Source: Balanoglossus misakiensis
Lineage: Eukaryota > Animalia > Hemichordata
Direction of reading: 5' to 3'
Assembly (NCBI GenBank): GCA_040954595.2
Contig: CM082587.2
Coordinates: 6,747,705 to 6,811,704 of the forward strand
DNA: 64,000 bases
The notes below the pieces were generated by a model. The model was not told the DNA's origin. It was given only the letters and a program-made list of their open reading frames with translations, and did not search any database. Shown here piece by piece: positions 1 through 9,170 of the stretch (position 1 is the first letter of the stretch; the number at the start of each line of letters is the position of its first letter). The position numbers were made by a program, and so were the translations under genes.

Positions 1-54
1 CGAAAGGCTTGAGAAAGAATCGAGAAACGTCAATTTCTGGATCATTTTGCAGAG

Positions 55-240
55 CTGGACCGTCGCACGCGTTGCTTTATTTTAGTGACGTCACCCCTTT
101 ATTTTTTGTGAGGACATTCTTGAATTAAAATTGTCGCGCGAAGGAAAATTAACACACGGGCCACACAGTTGAATACGTAGCTTTACATGTTTACTTTTAG
201 CGCGTATTGGCGGCTTCGGCGACGTCTGTTTTGAAGCGAT
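55..240. promoter_or_regulatory. CpG-rich putative promoter/5' region with palindromic CRE (GTGACGTCAC 85-94)
   Basis: Many CG dinucleotides and a perfect CRE about 320 bp upstream of the ATG. Confidence 0.35.
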
Positions 241-408
241 TTTGAAGGTTTAAAAGGTACATTTAAAGTATTTTAAAAGTGATTTTGTTGTGCATATTGA
301 CTTCAGTTTCATATTCTACTTCCTCCGTCATGATATAATGATACGCATTTTTCTGCCTGTCAACACCTACTTCCACGTTTTTCATTTACTCTTTGATGCC
401 AGGATATA

Positions 409-508
409 ATGAACGTTGAAAAAGAAGAAATATCGCTCAAAAATGGACTTAAAGTGCTCATCAGTGACGAAGAAAGTGGTTATGATAGTTTACCGCCGGA
501 TCCGGAAG
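409..508 (+). CDS. Exon 1 (MNVEKEEISLKNGLKVLISDEESGYDSLPPDPE)
   Basis: Acceptor-like pyrimidine tract and AG ending at 402, ATG at 409, donor GAAG|GTAACA at 509; phase 1 matches exon 2. The frame is open from 403, so this may be an internal exon. Confidence 0.6.
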
Positions 509-3500
509 GTAACAGATATAGAAACAATTAGCTTGATAGAAAGACATACATACATACAAATAGGCAAAGTCAATCAATCAAAGGCGAAAAGGCAAAATTT
601 TAATGCTAATAGGTCCACCAGTAGGGATTTGCCAAGCCTTTATAGCCAATCCAGAAGGCTGTCAGCAAGCAACGGAATGACAAAATCAGTGGTACTTAAA
701 AACATAGTGAAAGAAAGAACGGTCCCTGATATCGTAAAATAGAGTAATGTCATTTCCCGCAAAACTAAAGTTGTTATAAAATATTCGCCCCGGTTTGAAT
801 TTACTTATTCATTTACAGCAGTTGGTGATGTAGCAAAGAAGGAAAATGTTGCAAGCGAAGGAAACAGGCAGTTTGATTATCTTTCCGGTGCTAAAGTAGT
901 ATTTAAAGTTAGACCTAGTAACACAGGCGAAAAGGTGAGTCACTTTGTGAGCGACACTCCTGCAAAATACAACAAAACAAAACTGTGTACATGTTTCGTG
1001 ACGAGGCATTGCCTGTGCTAATGCCGAGGTCAAACGATCATGACCTTGGATCTCCTGGTCGATCGAGAGATCCGAAAATGTGCTGACGTAATGACTTATT
1101 GAACAAGACTGACTGTGCAGTTTTTCAGGTCTGATTTACAATTTCTTCGACAAGTAACAGAGGAATGCTATAATTATAGAGCTTAGTATTCATACCCAGG
1201 TATTTGCACCAACAACGCGCATTAAAATGCATAAAAACAACGAGATTATGCATTATTCTTGAATTAAATTAGCCAGAACAACTCAAATGTATTTATAGAG
1301 TATACGTTTGTGGAAAACAAACAGTCTATACGTCAGCAGTGTATAATTTATAGATTGTACGTCAGCCCTACATGCATGGTCACCCAAATATGTCGTATGT
1401 ATCGGATGGTTTAAACCTCTAGAATGCATACATATGTATTTATAAACCAATGTAGTCGTGTCTGATTGAGGTGTACATTTATAACTGTGTATATCTTTTA
1501 ATGATTCAGTGTTTTATTTGTCCACTACGTTTTTTTCTTCCATATTGGCCCTGCCTAAAAGCATGTACACACGGAGCAATGCGTATTGTATTTGAATATC
1601 AGTTCCACATCAATATTCAACGATTTACGTATACTTGCAAATTGCACACATACAATTTGTGTGTTTTTATATGAATTCTGCTGACACTGCGGTTGATATG
1701 TGATAGATGTGAGGATATGAAATGTAATGCATTAATTCTCTGTAATTTTAAAAGAAAATACTTGTACTGGAGATATCACCGTCCACCTGTCTGGAAATTC
1801 CGTCCGATGCCATTGATAGAGAAATTGGTGTCTGGGCAAGAATGACTCAAGATCCACCCCATTCACTGAATCTGGGAGACCACGAATTCCTGGTGACTGA
1901 CATATTGGAACTAGGATTGGAGCCTCACAGTCGGGATTTCCACTTCAAAAAACCTGTCGTATTCCGTTTGCAAATAGACGCTCGACACGCACCTCACAAG
2001 ACGCAAGAGATCGTGGTAAGGTCAGCAGACGAGAAAGGCCACTGGAGTGATTTGGCAACCAAACTGGCAAGTATGAACTTCTAGCTTCTCTTTTCGATTT
2101 TTGCTTACAAAACAATTGACAATATTTTGTGATTGTAAGATATCCAGAAATATTGTAAAAATAAACTCTAAAACTTTTGCTCTTGTTTTTTTTCAGTACA
2201 AGTTATTAGAATTGCTATTTTTTAAACAAAATTATTACTAGATTGCAATTTTTAATCATTTTAATACATCTCTAAATAGGAGTATAGGCCTTCAGCCGAT
2301 CGCAAATACGGAGAGGTGACAGCAACAATGGACCATTTCTGTCACCTCATCGTAGTTTTGAAGCCAGTCCAGCAACCCTTCGATGTGGATCCGCTTGAAC
2401 ACAACGTACACCTATCCCTCACCAAAGACTCAGTGTCGGTTGGCAAGGTTGACAGTGTATCCGACACAAAAAGCAAGGTCCGTCTGACTGTTGAGGTGAG
2501 TTTGTGACTACAACACTTAATTGAAGATACATGTATGTCTTTGGAAGGTGTAAATAATGTTAACTTCGAGTTCTTGTATTGGCAATGCCTCTGTCGTTTC
2601 CTTATACAATGTATATTTAAACCCTGGTCTGGGTTTATACACCGTATATACATTTTGGTGTACACATGCATGAACACATATAAACGTGTGGTGTGCACTC
2701 GCTTCTTACTGTCTGTCTGTTTGTCTGTCGAATCTATAGGTTCAGAAAGTCAATAAAGAATGCTTGCAACAGGCTTGTGAAATGACCGCGAACTGTTGGA
2801 GGGAAATGATCACGTTTGATACAGTGATGAAGATCAAGAAGTTCCAGGCCGACTTTCAGTCATTTAACATAAGCATGCCAGTTCCCACAAGTGAGGAAAA
2901 TGTTGCCAAGTTAAGAGAGGAAGGAAGGTTGAAGATTCTGCGAGATAATAACGACGACAAGTGGTCTGATATTTCCGCTGACAATATAATAAAGACCGAC
3001 GAAACGGAAGCGGTGGTAACTTTCAAGGCGAAGGCTTTTGAAAGGTATTTAGATTTTCATTTGAAGGACCTGTGAATTTTGTATAATTTCTCTCGTCATA
3101 TTTTATTTGCGTCGGCCTTACAAATGAGTCGAACCTATACCGTTGCTCTTTTCCCCTTTCCTTTGCAGTGGCGATACCCGCTACACCGTCCTTGTGATTG
3201 CCAAGCGGGGTATTAAAATCGAAGAAATCGTCGGTTATGTCAATCGGGCGACCGAAATAATGAGGAGAGGTTGGAAACTGGTCCAGTTCGTGCTTCTCCA
3301 GCATCAGGAAGACCAAAACAACTTGCTCGTGGATTGTTTGGCGAGTGAAACGCGTGACGCACGATTGGAAGAGATGAGCAAATTCGGGTTCGATCAATCG
3401 GGAGGACACATTCCTTTCACCAGTGAAGTGTATGTCGCCGAGGGTGAGACCATCAGCTTGGAGGCAAGTGGTGAATATATCCGTCGTATAGAAGACAAGA

Positions 3501-5426
3501 TCACCTTCTACTCCGGCAGACAGAACCACAAAGAGTTGGCCGTTGACCTGAGTCAGAACGCACCGAAGCACTCAACGGATACATTAATATTTAAAGGTTT
3601 GGTAGACTTCAAGTTCTTGGGGTTACTTCAGCGCGAGGCCGGCGGTGTACAAGAACCAGAGAGAGAAAAGGCAACGCTGAGGTTTGCGATAGCCAAAGTA
3701 AGTGCAGATATTCATGATAAAACATAATCATTACCTTCTTGAATATAACCCATAGCAGCTATATCCCGGAAATCTTTGACATAAAGGCACGCTAACAAAC
3801 AGACATGTCACACTTACAAATCCAACAACAGACACTTGTTTGTTTGGGCGATTATGAAAATGCCTCACATTTTTTTTTTGGGGGGGGGGGGGCATAAAAG
3901 GAAATATATATCTTAGACGTATCTCTATCCCCTACCCCCTTCCGTACCTTACCAACCAAGCAACTTACCCCCTCCCAAACACCCACCCACCCGGCACCTA
4001 TACCTACATTTCTGCATCGTTTAATAATTTTCCGTAGGAACCCGGGACTGATCATTCAAGTTCATACAGCGTGATGAAATGCGGTTGGTGCATTTTTCCA
4101 TTTTAATTATGTGTGATTAATTTTAATCAGTGAACGGAATATTTAATGAAATAAATGCGTCTCATGCAATGAAATAACACTCATATATTATGCTCTGCTG
4201 TCACGTGTTGTGTTGTGTTGTGTTGTATTGTATTGTATTGTATTGTATTGTATTGTATTGTATTGTATTGTATTGTATTGTATTGTATTGTATTGCATTG
4301 CATTGCATTGCATTGCATTGCATTGCATTGCATTGCATTGCATTGCATTGCATTGCATTGTATGGTATTGTATTGCATTGCATTGCATTGCATTGCATTG
4401 CATTGCATTGTATTGTATTGTATTGTATTGTATTGTATTGTATTGTATTGTATTGTATTGTATTGTATTGTATTGTATTGTATTGTATTGTATTGTATTG
4501 TATTGTATTGTATTGTTCACAGATGATCTCCCTATTGCAATCAAAACATTGAAGGGCAGGCTGTCAGCAAAGGAATGGAAACCACTGGCTCGAGAACTAG
4601 GTGTGTCTGACGCAGAATTGTCCCGTATAGAGTATAACAACCCGAATGATGTCGAAGAAATGATTCATGAGATGTTTAATCATTGGAAGAAGCAGTCAGG
4701 AAAGAATGCCACGCTGTCAGTGTTGATTAAAGCGTTAGATAAACTTGACATAAGAAACCTGGCTGACGCTTATCGGAGTAAACTCAGTGTTGAAGGTACG
4801 TGTAATTCATGTCTATTGGTCTACGTTGACATTGCCATGACAACTTGGGCACGCACAATTAAAGTTGAGGGGTATCACGTACTTGCGATTTGTTTACAGA
4901 ATTGACACCCTTAAAATGTCGTTTTTCATTCTGGGGCATTGTAAAACGCAAACACTTTTTATCATTTAAATGTGTGGTTATCGTGTACAATCGGGGAAAT
5001 TAGGGAGGTTTTTGAAAAAAAATCAACAAAGTGTTAGCAAGTACCGGAAATATTATTATGATCGAAAGTAGTGCCGAATTAATAATGATATACAGATTAT
5101 TCTTGTTAACTTTCTAATGGCGAAATTCAAGTTATAATGTTCTCGAAACGCCCTTATGACAGTGTACTCCAGGGGTATCTAAAATGGATCTCCGTATACT
5201 TACGTTCCGAGTCCCACCTATGCAGAAAGTAGTTGTGAACGCAGCCATACTGTTTCATGCCTTCATCACAGATACAGTAGTTGAGCAACGTTCACAGAGA
5301 CCGACCACCGCCCCTACCACCAGTGCTGCTGAAGGAAATGCACGTTCAGCGACTGGGTCAAGAATACCAAAACCCACACTCAGAGGCGCGAACAGTAGCG
5401 CACGTGGACGAGAATGGAAACCGTAA
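409..5426 (+). CDS. ZU5-ZU5-UPA-Death domain protein (PIDD1/DTHD1-like, no LRR or ankyrin repeats in window), 9 coding exons, ~683 aa
   Basis: Exons 409-508, 819-934, 1755-2066, 2280-2495, 2740-3044, 3169-3697, 4038-4083, 4523-4795 and 5272-5426 join with matching intron phases (1,0,0,0,2,0,1,1) to 2052 nt with no internal stop. Motifs: ZU5 (LEIPSDAI..ILELGLEP..FKKPV..W.DL..DHFC), UPA resembling PIDD1 (LLQ..D..LLVDC..SEVYVAEGE..ITFYS..NHKEL.V..KG.V.F), death domain (EWKPLARELGVS..IE..EMF..W....GKNAT...LIKAL). Extra upstream exons outside the window cannot be excluded. Confidence 0.85.
819..934 (+). CDS. Exon 2 (start of ZU5 region)
   Basis: ttattcatttacag acceptor; open frame VGDVAKKENVASEGNRQFDYLSGAKVVFKVRPSNTGEK; strong donor AAG|GTGAGT at 935. 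Confidence 0.7.
1755..2066 (+). CDS. Exon 3, first ZU5 domain core
   Basis: Open frame from AG at 1753-1754, in frame with ORF 1842..2084; LEIPSDAI, ILELGLEP, FKKPV, WSDL motifs; probable GC donor CTG|GCAAGT at 2067. Confidence 0.85.
2280..2495 (+). CDS. Exon 4, end of ZU5-1 (DHFC) and start of ZU5-2
   Basis: tctctaaatag acceptor; frame of ORF 2316..2507; VTATMDHFCHLIVVLKP resembles PIDD1 HFSWFLVVSRP; donor GAG|GTGAGT at 2496. Confidence 0.85.
2740..3044 (+). CDS. Exon 5, second ZU5 domain
   Basis: aatctatag acceptor; frame of ORF 2764..3075; ISMPVP..LKIL..WSDIS..VTF motifs; donor AAG|GTATTT at 3045 (phase 2). Confidence 0.85.
3169..3697 (+). CDS. Exon 6, UPA domain
   Basis: Strong acceptor ttcccctttcctttgcag; frame of ORF 3143..3727; PIDD1-like UPA motifs; donor AAA|GTAAGT at 3698. 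Confidence 0.9.
4038..4083 (+). CDS. Exon 7, 46-nt linker exon (EPGTDHSSSYSVMKC)
   Basis: aattttccgtag acceptor, GCG|GTTGGT donor; needed to reconcile the phase 0 end of exon 6 with the phase 1 start of exon 8. Confidence 0.6.
4206..4515. repeat. Compound pentanucleotide microsatellite (TGTTG)4(TATTG)14(CATTG)13 TATGG(TATTG)2(CATTG)7(TATTG)21
   Basis: Directly visible; 62 units in intron 7. Confidence 0.98.
4523..4795 (+). CDS. Exon 8, death domain
   Basis: ttcacag acceptor; non-repetitive part of ORF 4210..4905 with canonical death-domain pattern; donor AAG|GTACGT at 4796. Confidence 0.9.
5272..5426 (+). CDS. Exon 9, S/T/P/R-rich disordered C-terminal tail ending at TAA
   Basis: ccttcatcacag acceptor; phase 1 fits the frame of ORF 5184..5426; contains SRIPKP. 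Confidence 0.7.
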
Positions 5427-6131
5427 CCGCATGCAGTTGCAGGTACCCAAGAATTTCTGCTGACTGGAGGAAAACCGCTATTTTGTTTACTGTATCATGA
5501 TCATTTTGGATGTTTGTGTTTGAAGTTTAATATTTTGTCACCGTTCTGCACACGTGTTACACCTGTAGAACACTTTGTCAGAGCTGTGACTGGTCAAATC
5601 ATTGTCAAACCGTCCTCTCACGGAATTTTCCCTCGGTCAATTTAACAGTATTTAACACCAGTGCGTTGAGATCATAATCGATAGTCTATACACCTATTCC
5701 CACGACACTGATATTACAATATTCATCCGTCCGTACACGTGATTTGAAATCTACGATCCGTCCAATAATGTCAAGTCTTTCAAGGGTATGCTAATTTTGC
5801 TTTCAGATCGGCAAAACAGTAAAATCTCACATTTTCAATGAGTCGGCCATGCTATGAAATGTGAATTGATATGAGGCATGAATTCTGACAAGTTTGTATT
5901 TCAACTCGTTGTCTTGGACTTTTTATGTGTGCTGTTGTTGCTGTTGTTCCAAAACACTTTATGTTTGATGTGACACAGTTTTTCGTTTGCACCTATACAT
6001 GATGGTAATGTATTTAGAAGTGGTGTGTGTTTACAAATATTTTTGTATCCTCTGTAGATTTTGCCTGAGAATCTCGAGAAATCAATACATGAAGACGTTT
6101 TCAATTTGTTTGGGACTTCCGTCCGTTTTTA

Positions 6132-6240
6132 GGTATTACGCGCCTCGGGGACAGATTTAAAGAAAATATGTAATCCTCCAAACCGTCCAATTCGTTGCTA
6201 TATTTACAGTTAAGTCTTTCGGGATTCTGTGTGAAAACAA
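6132..6240 (+). mobile_element. Terminal fragment of an interspersed DNA-transposon/MITE family (GGTAKTACGCGCCTC..GGGGACAGATTT end)
   Basis: Similar to the reverse complement of ~60600-60688 (ggtagtacgcgcctccggggacagattttt..ccaatt..tgctatat). Confidence 0.6.
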
Positions 6241-6611
6241 AGAAAAAAAATATTGTTCATTTTGATACATTACTGGGGGCGGGTAATGTTCGAAAGGTAA
6301 TGCTCATTATGGCAGTCAATAATCGATAATTGTTTTAACAATTTGAAGAATATCATACTTAAATTCAAAATTCCGTCCATATTTCGACATTTCACAGCCA
6401 AGTATGTAATTGTAAATGTTTTTAAACATACATGAATTTGTAATAAGGAAAATTAAAAGTCATGCGTCATCTTTCAAAGTAATATGTTGAGATGCAGCGA
6501 TGCCTTCACACGTGGCAGCCGAAAGCATATACTCAAGAAAACATAAGAGGGCGCGCTTTCTGGAAATCGTGCATATGAACTAAGCCCAGAATCGATCAGC
6601 TGTTCGGAAGA

Positions 6612-7204
6612 CTGGGGCGCATTCGATTTGCACGATCATGATTGTGATTGGCGTGACGTCATTGTTGAAAGCGAGGCTGTAAACAAAACGGAATAGTGTA
6701 ATCATGTTTACATGTAATGGCTGCCATCAGCGTCGGTGCGTACTTTTACGATTAACATGTTGTAAAATACTCAATTTTTGTTAGACACAACAAACTGAAA
6801 AACGAAAGACTTATCATAATTACCGAGCGAACTCTCCCTAAACCCAGTACAGTAGAATACGATAGGCAGACCGCGGACTGGCGCCCTGACATTTTTTTTG
6901 ATCCATGGTAAAAACGAAGTATAATAAAAATAAAATATAGCACTTATAATTCAACTTGCGTCTAACAACTTAAAATATCGCAATACAAGTCAAACTCTGC
7001 TCTTGGGAGTTTTAAAATTACCGCCGCTTCGGTACCGGCTGCTGCGTCGTCCGCCATTTTTGTGTGTTTAATCACAACAATCACGCTCGGAGGCATGATT
7101 GTTGTGATTGTCAATCATGATTATGATTGGGCGTTTTCGAACGCACAATCACGATCACGATTGGCCAATCACAATCATGATCGTGCAAATCGAATGCGCC
7201 CCAG
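6612..7204. mobile_element. MITE (~590 bp) with perfect 41-bp terminal inverted repeats, possibly PIF/Harbinger-like
   Basis: 6612-6652 CTGGGGCGCATTCGATTTGCACGATCATGATTGTGATTGGC is the exact reverse complement of 7164-7204; sub-terminal ATCACAATCAY repeats at ~7069-7180; no transposase ORF; TSD not clearly resolved. Confidence 0.85.
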
Positions 7205-7865
7205 GTCTGCTTCTAGCTCCATATCCGTACTGTACTGCGCTGTACTGACCATTTCATGTGTATTATCTGCATGTAGTTGGAGGCAAAATAAGTAAGTAAT
7301 GAACCTGTTTCGTCGTAAAGTCAACTAAAAGTTATGTTTAAGTCACGATATCGATATCTCGCTCTTCATCAAGAGGCTCAGGTCACATGTAAATAGTATG
7401 CATGGCGAGCACATGGCACCCTGGCCCTGTTTTGGTCACAGTTTCTCGTAATATTGCTTAGGATAGTTGTTCGGGGCGGCTTTAGGTCAGGCTGTGGTGC
7501 AGTGGTGGTGTAATAAAGGATGGCCGCCTTGCTGCGAGTCCGTAGCCCTGTCACTTCCCCGCCTGTACTAGGCTGTAGGTTATTAGGAACGAGAAAATGG
7601 TACAACAGGCACCTTGACAGTTCAACTCCAACTTCCAAGCAATGAATATTTACGAGAACCCGTTACCAATGAGTCACTCACTGGTGATACAAGAAAATTA
7701 TCCCCGTTAACTTATGTAAAAGTGTAGCTGGGCTGATTAAAAAATATGGAAATTCTTAAATTGCATCTAACTTTTTAAAAATATCATGGTTTTCAGACTC
7801 TACTCGACAAGTGATGTGAATCATGTTTCCAGTTTTGAGGTCAGGTTCTCTCACTCCTCCGTTTC

Positions 7866-9170
7866 CTGCCCTCTGTGGCAGAAACAAAGGTGGGCTCTTG
7901 ATGGTTTATATAAAATATGCAAGAATCTGCGGTAAGTTTCAATCATAACAGGTGTTTATACTTTGAAAAATCAAAGTCTACCTTTCCTTTAACTACTAGA
8001 CTTATATACATTTCTTACCATTAATTCCTAAATTTGTAATCTGTGATAAGCTGCCCTTAGGGCGGCAGTGTACAGTTTGGGCAAAATGAATCCATAAAGT
8101 TTTAAAAACTCATTTTTTTAGATATTTTTTGAATTATCAGCGATGAAGATACAAATGATCGCACACTGGTAAAGGATGAAAAAATGAGTTTATTCCCGTG
8201 GTTGTAGCATAATTTTTGTTAGTTTATCATTTGGAATCCTTGGGTCCTCAGCTTGCTGTCATTTTAAGAAGAGCGCCACCACGAGGCAGAAAAAAGTAGT
8301 TCTTCTGACAGAGCTGGATTGGAGGCGTGGTCACTATATATGCTAATTAGAGTACTTGTAAATTAAAGGTAAACTTACACTTAGTCATCAATGCTTGTAG
8401 ACATGATTGGAATGAGCACATTTTATGAAAGGAGGAAAAAGTACAGTACACGTCATGCTTCTAATTTCTAGCAAATTAAAGATATGAGGATTTTCTTTTA
8501 AAAAAGGGAAAAAACAAATAAGATATGTTCACCTCAGTGTCCTCGTAGTGTGGCAGTCATTGTGAATTTCAACTGTCAGTACATTTGAGGTCATGATTTG
8601 GATTTCTAAGACAAAAATTAAGATTTTGCCTGGTGTAATCCCCATATTGAGCCTTTTGTATTAAAGTGAAAAAAAAACATATGGATGAAATCAGGGACAC
8701 AGTTAAGTATCGTGGAAATTATTGATAAAGGGCTTGCTGAGCATCCTACAGAGATCTATTTGTTTTGTTGCTTATAGACCACCAAAAAAAACCCAAGATG
8801 CCTGCCCCCCGAGATGGCTGTCACCATTGGAAACGCTGTACTTCACATGTTGTTGTGGTAAGTATTTGTTGTAGGTGCAAAGAAGTAAGCCAGTACGAGA
8901 CAAACTAATAATATTTTAGTAATTTGCTTTGTAAGTGTGTGTGTGTTTGTGAGAGAGATCAAGGTGATGTTTTTAAGTAATCCTAGTAGAGCGCCACCTA
9001 CGGCAAAATCAAGAAAAAACCAAATAAGCCTATCACGTGGTATTTTGCTATTTTGGGGGCAATTTGCTGGTTCGTAATTGTATTCGTCCTCTAAATCAAA
9101 CAACATTAAAATGTGGACATCATCCATGCAATTTCAGCGCAATGAATGATATGCAACTGCAGAGGGCGCT
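7866..9170. promoter_or_regulatory. Cluster of four CTCF-like motifs (candidate boundary)
   Basis: CTGCCCTCTGTGGC 7866, AGCGCCACCACGAGG 8272, AGCGCCACCTACGG 8990, ACTGCAGAGGGCGCT 9156; all imperfect matches to the CTCF core. Confidence 0.35.

Noticed and set aside
416-742. 108-aa ORF on + strand
   Set aside because: Wrong frame; the exon (409-508) uses another frame and the rest of the ORF is intron.
3023-3571. 182-aa minus-strand ORF
   Set aside because: Antisense shadow of the UPA exon; no recognisable motifs.
4181-4640. ORFs with LYCIV/IQYNT/MQCNA repeats
   Set aside because: Translations of the pentanucleotide microsatellite.
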